A stretch of DNA of 64,000 bases from assembly GCA_964291405.2 (NCBI GenBank), contig OZ219926.1, forward strand, positions 2,016,001 to 2,080,000, given 5' to 3'. This document shows, in pieces, positions 10,360 through 20,300 of this stretch. The number at the start of each line of letters is the position of its first letter. Within the stretch, counting starts at the first letter, position 1. Position numbers and translations under genes: made by a program. The notes under the pieces are model-generated. The model ran no database searches, was not told the origin of the DNA, and saw only the letters and a list, made by a program, of their open reading frames with translations. This DNA is from Thermodesulfobacteriota bacterium (lineage in GTDB: Bacteria > Desulfobacterota > Binatia > Bin18).

Positions 10360-12174
10360 ATGGACGAGCAAGATCACACCCAGTCATTTGATCCCGTGCT
10401 CTTCGCGGTCCTCAGATCGCGTATGGACGCGATTGCCAGCGAGATGGAGAAAACCCTGCTCGTGACCGGACGCAACCCGATCGTCTATTCGGCCAAGGAT
10501 TTCAGCTGTGCGGTGCTATCGGCCGAGGGCGAAGTCACCTCCATGGTGGAATGTCTGCCCATCCATGCGGTCACCCTGAGCCCCGCGCTCCGGGCGATTA
10601 TGGCCGCGTTCGACGATATCGAGGAGGGCGATTTATTTGCGATGAACTCGCCTTATCACGGCAACTCCCATGTGGGCGATTTGTGCATGTTCGTACCCTG
10701 TTTTCACGACAAGAGACTAATCTGCTGGATCGTGGCCAAGTGCCATACGATGGATTCTGGTGCGTATATTCCGACGAATCTCGATCCCCTCTCCAAGGAC
10801 ATCTACGAAGAGGGTCTGCACCTGCCACCGGTCCGCTTCTATCGAAAATACGCCGAAATCAAGGATGTGACCGGGATCTGGCTGACCAACGTCCGCTATC
10901 CAAAACAGTATCGAGGCGACTTCCTGGCCCAGGTTGGTGCGGTGCGCTTGGGGGAGAGGCGAGCCAGGGAGGTGTGCCAGAAATATGGCGGCCAAACGGT
11001 CAAGCACTTTCTACGAGAATATCTGGATTATAGCGACCGTCGGATGACGGAAGAAATCCGCACCCTACCGTCCGGCACCTGGTCGGACGAAGCGCTCAGT
11101 GAAAAATATGCCGGGATGCTGCCGGATGGAGCCCTGCTGAAGGTCGCCATGAGTATTGACCCTCAAGCCGCGACCATCACCTTTGATCTCTCCGATATGC
11201 CCGACCAGGTGGTTGGGGGCATCAATCTTTCAGAGTCATGTTCGCGCGGGAGCTGTGTGATCGGGACAATGGCCTGTCTTGATCCCAGCCTGCCCCGCAA
11301 CGATGGCGTCTACCGCCACATCAAGGTCATTCAACGCGAAGGCAGTATCGCCGGCAAGCCAGAGTGGCCGGCCAGTACCTCTCTGGCGACCGTCGGGATT
11401 AGTGATGAGATTTGCAATCTGGTGTTCAGACTCTGGGAGCAGGTGCGGCCCGGCATGGGTCATGGGGGCACCTGCTATGCCCCTGGGGTCCACGCGGTCG
11501 CCTCTGGAACCGATTTTCGTCGGAACCATGCCGCCTTCGGCCATTCTTATTTTCTGGCTGCCTGCAGTGGCGGCGGCGGCTCAAAAGGCGTCGACGGCTA
11601 TGCCTATATGGCGGCGAATGCCGCCATGGGCGGGAATCATACCGAATCGATTGAAGTCCATGAACTGAAGGTTCCGGACATTATCTGGGAAAACCGAATC
11701 ATTCCGGACTCCGGTGGTGCCGGGCAGTGGCGAGGCGGCGTCGCGTCGACCCAACTGGTCCAACCACGGAAGACGCAGCTAACAATTATTCCGTGGGGGA
11801 CCGGCCATACCTCAGCCCCGCACGGGATAGACGGCGGACGGTCGGGCATGTTGGCCGACCACTGGATTATCGATTTTGCGACTGGCGAGCAGGTCGAGCA
11901 CATGGCCAATATGGGACGCTACGTCTGTAAGGAAGATCAGGCCTGGTATGGCTGGCGCAACGGGGGCGGCGGGTACGGTGATCCGCTCGAGCGGGACCCG
12001 GAGAAAGTCAAAGACGATGCCCGCGACGGTTTTATTTCACTTGAGGCGGCCAGAAACACCTATGGCGTTGTACTTCATACCGAGCCGGAACTCTTTGCGG
12101 TTGACTATCCGGCAACCGAGCAGCTGCGCTGTGAACTTGCCTCCAAAAGGGGACGAGCGGGAGGGGGCTCGTGA
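10360..12174 (+). CDS. Hydantoinase B/oxoprolinase family subunit
   Basis: DFSCA, NSPYHGNSHVGD, HTMDSG, EEGLHLPP, DSGGAGQWRGG, GGGGYGDPLERDP. Confidence 0.93.
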   Translation: MDEQDHTQSFDPVLFAVLRSRMDAIASEMEKTLLVTGRNPIVYSAKDFSCAVLSAEGEVTSMVECLPIHAVTLSPALRAIMAAFDDIEEGDLFAMNSPYHGNSHVGDLCMFVPCFHDKRLICWIVAKCHTMDSGAYIPTNLDPLSKDIYEEGLHLPPVRFYRKYAEIKDVTGIWLTNVRYPKQYRGDFLAQVGAVRLGERRAREVCQKYGGQTVKHFLREYLDYSDRRMTEEIRTLPSGTWSDEALSEKYAGMLPDGALLKVAMSIDPQAATITFDLSDMPDQVVGGINLSESCSRGSCVIGTMACLDPSLPRNDGVYRHIKVIQREGSIAGKPEWPASTSLATVGISDEICNLVFRLWEQVRPGMGHGGTCYAPGVHAVASGTDFRRNHAAFGHSYFLAACSGGGGSKGVDGYAYMAANAAMGGNHTESIEVHELKVPDIIWENRIIPDSGGAGQWRGGVASTQLVQPRKTQLTIIPWGTGHTSAPHGIDGGRSGMLADHWIIDFATGEQVEHMANMGRYVCKEDQAWYGWRNGGGGYGDPLERDPEKVKDDARDGFISLEAARNTYGVVLHTEPELFAVDYPATEQLRCELASKRGRAGGGS

Positions 12175-14285
12175 ATTATATCGTCACTTCGGATATGGGC
12201 GGGACATTTACCGATGTGGTCGTCAGTGAAAAGAGTGGCGCCGTCCAAGCCTTTAAGGCCTTAACCACACCGTCCGACCCGACCCAAGGAGTGATGGCGG
12301 GGATACAACTCGCTGCCGCTCACTACAACCTGGACCTCGGCGAATTTCTCGATCGAACCGACGCGTTTATCCACGGCAGCACAATCGCGACAAATACGAT
12401 CATTCAAATGAATGGCGCGAAAGTGGGCCATATGACCACGCGGGGGCACGAGGCTAGTTTGTACTGCCGATACGGTGCAAAGAAGGACACGTTTAATCTG
12501 GCGGTCGAATATCCGAAACCGCTCGTACGGAATTATCTGATCAAGGGCATTACCGAGCGCGTCACCGCGGAGGGCGAGATTCTCGTTCCTCTGGATGAGG
12601 ACGAGGTGCGGGCGGCAATCCGCCAGTTCCGGAAGTGGCAGGTCGGGGCCATTTCGGTCTGCCTCTTATGGTCGGTTGCCAATCCCTGCCACGAAAGACG
12701 TATCGCCGAAATCATTGAGGCAGAATGGCCCGAGGTTCCCTATTCGATCAGCTCCGAGGTCCAACCCGCCATACGAGAGTGGCCACGCGCCTCGGGCACC
12801 GTCCTGAATGCCATGCTCAAACCGGTCATGCACGCCTATATCAAAAAAACGCAGCGACAACTCCAAAGCGACGGCTTAAAGAACGACCTCCTGATGGTGG
12901 TGTCGAGCGGCGGGGTGGTCTATGGCGCAGACGCGGCCGAGAATCCTGTGATGACCCTCTTGTCGGGCCCCGCCCTGGGGCCGTCAGCGGGCGCCGTATA
13001 CGCAAAAGCCCACGGCACGGATCAGTGTCTAGTCATTGATATGGGAGGAACGAGTTTTGATGTCAGTATGGTCTCGGACGGCCGACCCATGGTGACCAAA
13101 GACATGTATATGGAAGGCCACCCGACCGGTGTCACCTCAGTCGAGGTCTTAACCCTGGGTGCGGGCGGAGGGAGTATTGCCTGGGTCGATAACGGTGGCA
13201 TGCTGAACGTCGGCCCCCACAGCGCCGGGGCCGACCCGGGTCCGGCCTGTTATCGGCGCGGCGGCACAGAAGCAACCGTCACTGACGCCAATGTCGTGCT
13301 CGGTTATCTCAACCCGGAGTCCATTGCGGATGGACGGATGGCTATCGACGCGGAGGCCGCCCGCCAGGCGATTCTGGAGAAAGTTGCCCGACCGCTGCGG
13401 CTTGATCCGGTCGAGGCGGCCAATGGGATTTATCGCGTTGTCAATCAAAACATGATCGGGGCGATGAACGAGGTCACGACCTGGCGAGGGATCGACCCCC
13501 GAGAATATCTCCTGGTAGCTGGCGGTGGGGCTGGCGGACTGCACGTCGCGCGTCTGGCGAGCGAGCTCCAGATCAAGAGCGTCGTGATTCCCAAGCTCGC
13601 GGGAGCCCTGTGCGCGTTTGGCATGCTGAACACCGATATCGTTTTCAGCGAGGTTAGCAGCGCCTTCACAACAAGCGTTGATTTTGATTTTGCTCGGGTC
13701 AATACGCAGTTGGCGGCGCTCGAGGCACGTGGTCGCAAAAAACTGATAGCCGCCGGCATCTGCGAGGCAGATATGGTCTTCGAGTACTATGTCTCGGCCC
13801 GATATCTGGATCAGGTGTATGAACTGGAAGTCCCACTGCCTGATTCCCACCTGAGCGCAGATAGTCTGGAGCGACTGATTGCGGCCTTCCACGCTTTGCA
13901 TGAACGACGCTATACCTATCGCGATGAAGACTCCTATCAGGAGTATACGGACTGGCGCGTAATTGCCCGGGGGCTCAGGCCAAAAGTGAGTTTTCGGGAA
14001 CAGGCGGATAGGGGAGCGGACGCGACGCCGTCCGTCACGGGCGTGAGAGCAGCCTATTTTGTGGAGACGGGAGGCTTTACCGAAACACCGGTCTATAACG
14101 GGAAAGTACTCGGCCATGGCATGCAAGTGACCGGTCCGGCCATTATCGAGGAGCCGACCTCGACCCTCGTCGTGATTCCTGGGGCAAGTGTGACGGTCAC
14201 CCAATGGGGCGATTATTTAATGGGGTTGGGCGATGCGAATGCGGAGACTGGCGTGAAACGAGCGGGCGGAGGTCTATACCCATGA
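12171..14285 (+). CDS. Hydantoinase A/oxoprolinase family ATP-binding subunit
   Basis: DMGGTFTD, HGSTIATN, LLSGPA, DMGGTSFD, GAGGGSIAWVD, GGGAGGLH; GTGA overlap with upstream stop. Confidence 0.93.
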   Translation: MNYIVTSDMGGTFTDVVVSEKSGAVQAFKALTTPSDPTQGVMAGIQLAAAHYNLDLGEFLDRTDAFIHGSTIATNTIIQMNGAKVGHMTTRGHEASLYCRYGAKKDTFNLAVEYPKPLVRNYLIKGITERVTAEGEILVPLDEDEVRAAIRQFRKWQVGAISVCLLWSVANPCHERRIAEIIEAEWPEVPYSISSEVQPAIREWPRASGTVLNAMLKPVMHAYIKKTQRQLQSDGLKNDLLMVVSSGGVVYGADAAENPVMTLLSGPALGPSAGAVYAKAHGTDQCLVIDMGGTSFDVSMVSDGRPMVTKDMYMEGHPTGVTSVEVLTLGAGGGSIAWVDNGGMLNVGPHSAGADPGPACYRRGGTEATVTDANVVLGYLNPESIADGRMAIDAEAARQAILEKVARPLRLDPVEAANGIYRVVNQNMIGAMNEVTTWRGIDPREYLLVAGGGAGGLHVARLASELQIKSVVIPKLAGALCAFGMLNTDIVFSEVSSAFTTSVDFDFARVNTQLAALEARGRKKLIAAGICEADMVFEYYVSARYLDQVYELEVPLPDSHLSADSLERLIAAFHALHERRYTYRDEDSYQEYTDWRVIARGLRPKVSFREQADRGADATPSVTGVRAAYFVETGGFTETPVYNGKVLGHGMQVTGPAIIEEPTSTLVVIPGASVTVTQWGDYLMGLGDANAETGVKRAGGGLYP

Positions 14286-15463
14286 GCACGAACCAGAACA
14301 AGGTGGTTATCCTGGGCGGCGCCGGGGAAGTCGGGGGTCCATTTACCGAGGACCTAGCCGCGTGCCCAGAGGTCGGAGAGATTGTCATTGCGGATATTCA
14401 GCGCGAGCAGGCCGAAGCACTAGCGCTCTCTTTGGGTGATAAGGTCAGCGCCGTCGAGCTCGATCTTAGTGATCGAGCCAAAGCGCTCCGCCTGCTTGAA
14501 GGCGCCGATATGCTGATGAACTGCACCAGCCTGGTCAAATTCGATCAGGTCATCGACCTGGCCATCGAGGCACGGGTCAACTACGCAGACCTGATTTCCG
14601 AACCCACCCAGCAACAGCGCCAAGCCGCCGAGCAGGCGGGGATCACTGCCATTTCCGGACTTGGGCTCAGTCCTGGTGTTTCAAATGTGATTGTCCGCCA
14701 CGCGGCAGACGCCCTGGATGAAATCGAGGAAGCCCATATCAACGGCCTGAGTTGGCGAGCGATCGCCCCGTCACCTGGCGGGCTCGACACCATCCTGTGG
14801 GAGAATGGGCAGGATTGCCCCACGCGGCAATACTATCAGAACGGACGCTTCCATTGGGCGCGCCCGTTCGAGGGAACCCGGGTCGTTGAATTCCCTCCAC
14901 CGGTCGGTTCGCACCGGGTGTATTTTGTTCCTCATACCGAGGCGACTTCACTCGTCAAAAATTTTCCAAGCCTGAAGTTTTGCGCCGCGCGCGTCAGCTG
15001 GCGCGATGAATTAAGCGAGGACATTCGCGTGCTGAACAAATACGGACTGCTCGACCATACCCCCCTGCCCGGCTACGAGGGCATTACCGCCTATCAGGCC
15101 ACCTGGGCGCGTATCTGGGAAAAGTGGGGCGGCGTGCGGGATAGCGGAGCGCACGCCCTGTATATTAACGTCGAGATTATTGGGACGCGGGATGGACGAG
15201 CCTGGCGGCGCGTTTATAACGTTTCCCACCCTGCCGATTGGGGTCCCAAGGCGATTGGCAAGATGACGGGCATCTGTGCTGCGGTGGGAGCGCAACTCCT
15301 TGCCAGGCATGGTCGGACCCACACGGGATTCGTGGATGCCGAGGTCTATTTTGATCCGCCCGAGTTTTTCGCTGAACTTGAGAAGCGCGGGACGGTTTTC
15401 CTGAGTTGGGAAGAAACCCCGGTTGAGGGGGCCGCCCTGACCCGCCGAGCCGTCAACTCCTGA
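14282..15463 (+). CDS. Saccharopine dehydrogenase / lysine 6-dehydrogenase family NAD(P)-dependent oxidoreductase
   Basis: ILGGAGEVG, VNYADL, GLGLSPGVSN, VPHTE; ATGA overlap with the hydantoinase A stop. Confidence 0.85.
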   Translation: MSTNQNKVVILGGAGEVGGPFTEDLAACPEVGEIVIADIQREQAEALALSLGDKVSAVELDLSDRAKALRLLEGADMLMNCTSLVKFDQVIDLAIEARVNYADLISEPTQQQRQAAEQAGITAISGLGLSPGVSNVIVRHAADALDEIEEAHINGLSWRAIAPSPGGLDTILWENGQDCPTRQYYQNGRFHWARPFEGTRVVEFPPPVGSHRVYFVPHTEATSLVKNFPSLKFCAARVSWRDELSEDIRVLNKYGLLDHTPLPGYEGITAYQATWARIWEKWGGVRDSGAHALYINVEIIGTRDGRAWRRVYNVSHPADWGPKAIGKMTGICAAVGAQLLARHGRTHTGFVDAEVYFDPPEFFAELEKRGTVFLSWEETPVEGAALTRRAVNS

Positions 15464-15552
15464 TTTCCATTTTGCTGGCCGTTTGGCTCGGCCCGTCCGG
15501 CCCTGTTTCCAAGCGATTTGTTCGCTAGAGTCGGACAGAGCGGCCGGCGAGT

Positions 15553-17139
15553 TCAGGTGAACCATCTTTCATCCCGCAGTTGAGCCCAGATTTTTTGGAC
15601 GACGGCCCCACCCTGGCGCTGCACCCGCGCGGCGTCATCGCTCACAAACTGGCCGTGAAAAACCTGGAATTTTCCGTCAACCATCACGTGTCGCACACTC
15701 AGGCCATGGGCGTAGAGCAGATTGTTGAGGGGTTCGGGCGGTACGGCTCCGGTCCCCGTCAGGAAGCCGCTGACATTAATCGTACACAGGTCTGCTTTGG
15801 CGCCGGGCGCAAGACGGCCCAGGTCCTCTCGTCCGAGCCCTTGAGCGGCGCCCAGAGTTGCGCCGTGGACGGCATCCCAAATAGTCGGCAGGTGTAGTGG
15901 AACGGGGCTGCTGGCGTGTAAGAGCCGGGCGCGCGCCCGGCCGTACAGAACGGCGAGTTTCAGGTTTTCGATATAATCGTTTGAATGGGTATCGATGCCG
16001 ATCGTCGTGCGCACGCCAGCGGCAAGCGCTTCCGGATAGGGTTGCGTGCCACTGCTGCCGCCGGCGCCATTGCCCGAAGGACAGTGCGCGTAGGTCAGAC
16101 TCTTGCCGGCCAAAAACGGCAGGTCGTGCCGGACATCAATCCCAGTAAGGTGGGCACCAAAAATGCGCTCGGAATAAAAGCCCAGTTCGTCCAACCAGGC
16201 GGCTGGCCGTTTGCCCCATACCCGCTGGACGGTCTGTGTCTCTTGGGCGCGTTGGGAGAGGTGGATATGAATCCCGTTACCGATTTCTTTGGCTGCGGCC
16301 AGAATAGCCGCCATCGTCGTAGGTGTATGCGTGTCCGTGGCATGCGGGGCCATTTGGGGCCGAATCCGCCCGTCTTCGCTGCCGTTGTGAGTCAGGGCAA
16401 ATTGTCGGTTGGCGGCAATCTCGGTCAGGGTCGTTTGTTCTGAGTCGGTCAGGACCTGGTCCGAACGCCGAAACCAGATGGGGAACAGCCGCGCGATACC
16501 GGGGATCATCCCGCCGGGATAGCCGCGCGCACCCCAACGCTTAGCAGTGCGGACGTAGGACTCGGCCTGACGTAGGCTCAGACTCATTTCCACCTGGGTC
16601 GTACAGCCCGAGCGAAGCAGCTCGGCAAGATTATAGGCGGTCAGGGCGTCGAGGTCTTCGGTGCTCAAAGACTCGACCAGTTCGAGCGGTCGGGCGTATG
16701 ACCGGCCGCCCTCAATAATCCCGCGGGTCGGGGTGGCCGAACAGGTGTGAGTGTGACCCGAAATAAACCCCGGTAGCAGGAGTTGACCGCTGGCTCGGAG
16801 CCGCGGCGTATCGCCCTGGAGCCGGCCGCTTTTGACCTGTTCGATACGGTCTCCGCGAACCCGGAGTGAGCAGTCCGGTAAAAGCGCGAGGCGGCCTTCA
16901 CGAAAAACCAGTCCCCACGGCGCTTCGATGATGCAATCGTGGTGCGGTGGTTGGTCTGGCGGTGGCGACGGGCCGGCAAAGAGGGACGGCGGAGCCTGAG
17001 CGCCGGTCGCTCCAAAAGCCGCCCCGGCCAGACCGCCCTGTACCAGGAGCTGGCGGCGGGTCAGACCACCCTCGGGCTGCTCGCCCGTCAGGTCCGGGCC
17101 GTCGCACCCAAAGCATCCACCGTAAAAAAACGGAGCCAT
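15553..17139 (-). CDS. Metal-dependent amidohydrolase with CxxC and twin-arginine leader, copy 2
   Basis: Near-identical to 2327..3916 across the catalytic domain; leader CFGC...TRRQLL. Confidence 0.9.
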   Translation of the reverse strand: MAPFFYGGCFGCDGPDLTGEQPEGGLTRRQLLVQGGLAGAAFGATGAQAPPSLFAGPSPPPDQPPHHDCIIEAPWGLVFREGRLALLPDCSLRVRGDRIEQVKSGRLQGDTPRLRASGQLLLPGFISGHTHTCSATPTRGIIEGGRSYARPLELVESLSTEDLDALTAYNLAELLRSGCTTQVEMSLSLRQAESYVRTAKRWGARGYPGGMIPGIARLFPIWFRRSDQVLTDSEQTTLTEIAANRQFALTHNGSEDGRIRPQMAPHATDTHTPTTMAAILAAAKEIGNGIHIHLSQRAQETQTVQRVWGKRPAAWLDELGFYSERIFGAHLTGIDVRHDLPFLAGKSLTYAHCPSGNGAGGSSGTQPYPEALAAGVRTTIGIDTHSNDYIENLKLAVLYGRARARLLHASSPVPLHLPTIWDAVHGATLGAAQGLGREDLGRLAPGAKADLCTINVSGFLTGTGAVPPEPLNNLLYAHGLSVRHVMVDGKFQVFHGQFVSDDAARVQRQGGAVVQKIWAQLRDERWFT

Positions 17140-17166
17140 CGTCCCTCTCCGCGCCGCCCGTCCCCG

Positions 17167-18201
17167 TCAGTGGTCGGCAAAGCGCGGCATGACTTCTTTG
17201 GCAAACAAACGCATCGAGCGAAGCGCCTTGTCGTGGGCCAGGCCGGGAAACTGCATCCGCACAATCAGATAATCCATCCCGAGCTTCTGCCGATATCGCT
17301 CGATTTCCTGACTCACACTATCCGGGTCGCCAATGATGAAGCGCCCCCGAATCTCCTCAAACTGCACCTCAGACTTGTCGGCCACCCGTTTGCCCTGATC
17401 GGTGGTGAACGGACGCCACTGCGACCAGGCGCCATACCACTCGCGGTGAATATACACCACATGCTCCCTGGCCTCCGCTTCCGCCTGGGCGGTCGTCTCC
17501 GCCACATACACATCCCGCATGACGGGTCTGAGCGGGCCCTGGGTGCCAAACGCGTCGCAAAAGTCCTGGTACATGGCGTAATGAGCTTCAAGCTCTTCGA
17601 GACGATGGCGCGGAGAGGCCAAGAGCGGCAGGCCGTATTTGGCCACCCGACGCACGCCCGCTTTAATGGAAGCGCCTATCCAGATGGGCGGATGGGGTTT
17701 TTGGACCGGCTTCGGTGTCACCGCCATATCCGTGTAGGAATAAAATTTCCCCGCAAACGAGAAGCGCTCCTGGGTCCAGGCCCGAATGAGGATATTCATG
17801 ATTTCTTCCATGCGCGCACCGCGTTTTTCGCGGGGGATACGAAATCCGGCGAATTCCTCGGGCCGGTATCCTGGGGCAATGCCGAATATCAAACGTCCTT
17901 CCGACAGCAGATCGACCACCGCCGCTTCTTCGGCCAGGTGAATCGGGTCGTAGAGGGGCAGCAGGATCACGCCGAGACCGATTTTGATGCGACTCGTTCG
18001 TGTCGCCATACCCGCGGCACAGGCCAGCAGCGCCGGAAGATAACCGTCTGGCAGAAAATGATGTTCGGTGAGCCAGACCGAATCATAGCCCAACTCCTCG
18101 GCGACCTCGATCTGTTCCAGCATCTCACGGTAGAGCTGGACGTGGCTGAACCCGCTCTCCGGCGGGGCTTGCATTCCATACGGGCCAAGACCGATCTTCA
18201 T
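17167..18201 (-). CDS. LLM-class flavin-dependent oxidoreductase
   Basis: AEELGYDSVWLTEHHF, LAEEAAVVDLLSEGRL, PKPVQKPHPPIWIG; GAGGAG RBS. Confidence 0.92.
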   Translation of the reverse strand: MKIGLGPYGMQAPPESGFSHVQLYREMLEQIEVAEELGYDSVWLTEHHFLPDGYLPALLACAAGMATRTSRIKIGLGVILLPLYDPIHLAEEAAVVDLLSEGRLIFGIAPGYRPEEFAGFRIPREKRGARMEEIMNILIRAWTQERFSFAGKFYSYTDMAVTPKPVQKPHPPIWIGASIKAGVRRVAKYGLPLLASPRHRLEELEAHYAMYQDFCDAFGTQGPLRPVMRDVYVAETTAQAEAEAREHVVYIHREWYGAWSQWRPFTTDQGKRVADKSEVQFEEIRGRFIIGDPDSVSQEIERYRQKLGMDYLIVRMQFPGLAHDKALRSMRLFAKEVMPRFADH

Positions 18202-18343
18202 CGCCTGCTCCTCCCTTATCCTGCGTCTGGTCGATTCCGCGCTGCTACGCTGAGAGACCATACTAAAAACTTTTTCCAGAGGACGGCAAGACACCAGGGG
18301 TCTTGGGTCGGGTCTCGGGACGGCGTCTCAACCGTGCGGCGCA

Positions 18344-19654
18344 TTAGTACGCATCTGCATACAGGCGCCTGATGTCGGCTGGGTCTTTGTCTTGAAGAAA
18401 GGCGATCTCCCCAGCCTTATGAGCCAGGAACACATCTATGAATTTCCCTGGGAACCACGATCGCAGCAGCCGCTCATTATCGAGAACGTCGAGGGCAGAC
18501 TGCAAGTCGGACGACAATCTGACGACACCGATTTTCGTCAGTTGGTCGTTTGTCAGCAGACTGAGGTCACCGGTCGTCGGTATTGGTGCCGGTTCCTTAT
18601 CTCGAATGCCTTGTAAGCCGGCTCTGGCCAGGACGGCCAGTTGCAAATAGGGGTTGGCCGTTGCGTCGGCGGCTCTGTATTCCACGCGGAATTGTGACTC
18701 TACGGTGAACCCTTCGAGTCCAATCACCGGGCACACGCGCAGCGCTGCCTCTCGGTCATTCTCGGCAAGGTTGTTGAAAGCGGCACTCCACCGATGTGGC
18801 CGCAAGCGCTCATACGACACCACGCTGGACGCCGTCAGCGCAAGCAGGCTCGGCAGGTATTTCCGAATACCGCCAAAGAAGCTCCCGGCCACGGGGGTCA
18901 AACGCGCAGGACTGGTGGCGTCGTAGGTACAAGGAACACCGTCCCGATCAACAAGGCTGATGTGAATATGGAGTCCGTTTCCGGTGCCCTCGTTCACAAC
19001 CGGAGAAAAGCTCACTTTTCGGCCCGTTCTTTTGGCGACGGCACGGACCATTTCCCTGGCAATGACACACTCGTCGGCAGCCCGGAGACCCAGGCGGGGC
19101 GCAACCGTGACCTCGTATTGATCCTGCCCGTATTCCGGTAAGAAGCTATCGGGTGTGAGGTCGGCTGACCGCAAGGCGGCGAGCAGCGTCCGTCCGAACT
19201 CCGCGCCGTGTCTGAAGTTTCCTAAACTGAAGCTCGACCACGGGACTACCTTGTCTGCAACGCTCCAAAACTCATGCTCGAAGGCGACTTTCAGTTGTAA
19301 GCCGGCCTCAGAGAGTAGGTCAGCCAAGACACTTTGCAAGATCGACCGTGGACAAAAATTCCAGGGCGCACCGTCCAAAGTCCGAATGTCCCCAAGCATG
19401 AAATGCTCCGGCGCACTGCCGTCATCAAAAGCAACTCGCACTTCCGCACGCTCGTCCGGGATGAGCAACAGGTCGCCGAGAGACCCAAAAGGACCATCCG
19501 CAATCCTATTGAAACAGGTGATTAGGCTATTGGTCGGCACCCAGCCAACACCTCGGCGGATTCGCGTTTCTCGCTCGCTGGCGGGGAAGCCTTTGCCGCG
19601 CACTTGGTTCGCCAAATCCGCGCAGACGACCATAATGATGTCTTCGCTAATCAT
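18344..19654 (-). CDS. Glutamine-synthetase-like gamma-glutamyl-amine ligase
   Basis: RGKGFP, AFEHEF, EYGQDQYEV, GNGLHIHISL, NDREAALR, VEYRAADATANPYL. Confidence 0.9.
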   Translation of the reverse strand: MISEDIIMVVCADLANQVRGKGFPASERETRIRRGVGWVPTNSLITCFNRIADGPFGSLGDLLLIPDERAEVRVAFDDGSAPEHFMLGDIRTLDGAPWNFCPRSILQSVLADLLSEAGLQLKVAFEHEFWSVADKVVPWSSFSLGNFRHGAEFGRTLLAALRSADLTPDSFLPEYGQDQYEVTVAPRLGLRAADECVIAREMVRAVAKRTGRKVSFSPVVNEGTGNGLHIHISLVDRDGVPCTYDATSPARLTPVAGSFFGGIRKYLPSLLALTASSVVSYERLRPHRWSAAFNNLAENDREAALRVCPVIGLEGFTVESQFRVEYRAADATANPYLQLAVLARAGLQGIRDKEPAPIPTTGDLSLLTNDQLTKIGVVRLSSDLQSALDVLDNERLLRSWFPGKFIDVFLAHKAGEIAFLQDKDPADIRRLYADAY

Positions 19655-20300
19655 CGGAGCCTTTACTGGGATGCTCAATTTCGGTAATCAAGTCCGCCGT
19701 CACGACCTGTCGACAGTAGCCCTTGATCGCATTCTCGCTGGCTTGCTGTCGGGCGGCTGAGTATGTGGCACACGCGTCGGTGACCATGGTGACGAGATAG
19801 CCAAGATCACAGGCGTCACGGATGGCGCTCTCCACACACTGATCGGTTGCGACCCCGGCAATCACTATTTGTTTGACTCCGAGAGAACGCAGCACATAAT
19901 CGATATTCGTCGAGTTGAAAACACTCGACGCCGTCTTACTGATGACAATCTCATCTCCCACCGGGGCAATTTCATCGAGGACTTGGGCGTCCCATGAGCC
20001 TTTCGGGACGTTAAAGCCGGTAATCTTATAGTCGAGGCCACGATCCCGCCCGTCTTGTGTGAGGTTTTCGATGACGCAGAACATCACTTCTATACCAGCG
20101 GCGCGGCAGCAGTGCTGTAGACGGGCAATGTTCTTGACGGCTGGTTTGAGGGCGGCAAAGAAGAAGTCGCGCTCGCCTCGCTGTGCTTCCGGTATCGAAC
20201 GGACTTCTTCCCCATCTGGATGCGCGCAGTAGTTTTGCACGTCGATAATGAGAAAAGCCGACTCGCCTCTGCGGAGCGGCAGATCACGACTCAAGTGCAT
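19647..20300 (-). CDS. Isochorismatase-family cysteine hydrolase
   Basis: D-K-C triad: IIDVQN, ISKTASS, ATDQCVES. Confidence 0.92.
   Translation of the reverse strand: MHLSRDLPLRRGESAFLIIDVQNYCAHPDGEEVRSIPEAQRGERDFFFAALKPAVKNIARLQHCCRAAGIEVMFCVIENLTQDGRDRGLDYKITGFNVPKGSWDAQVLDEIAPVGDEIVISKTASSVFNSTNIDYVLRSLGVKQIVIAGVATDQCVESAIRDACDLGYLVTMVTDACATYSAARQQASENAIKGYCRQVVTADLITEIEHPSKGSDD

Noticed and set aside
6351-15463. Secondary-metabolite cluster (IPNS-like oxygenase, SnoaL, monooxygenases)
   Set aside because: No NRPS, PKS, terpene synthase, RiPP precursor or other scaffold enzyme; catabolism is the simpler reading
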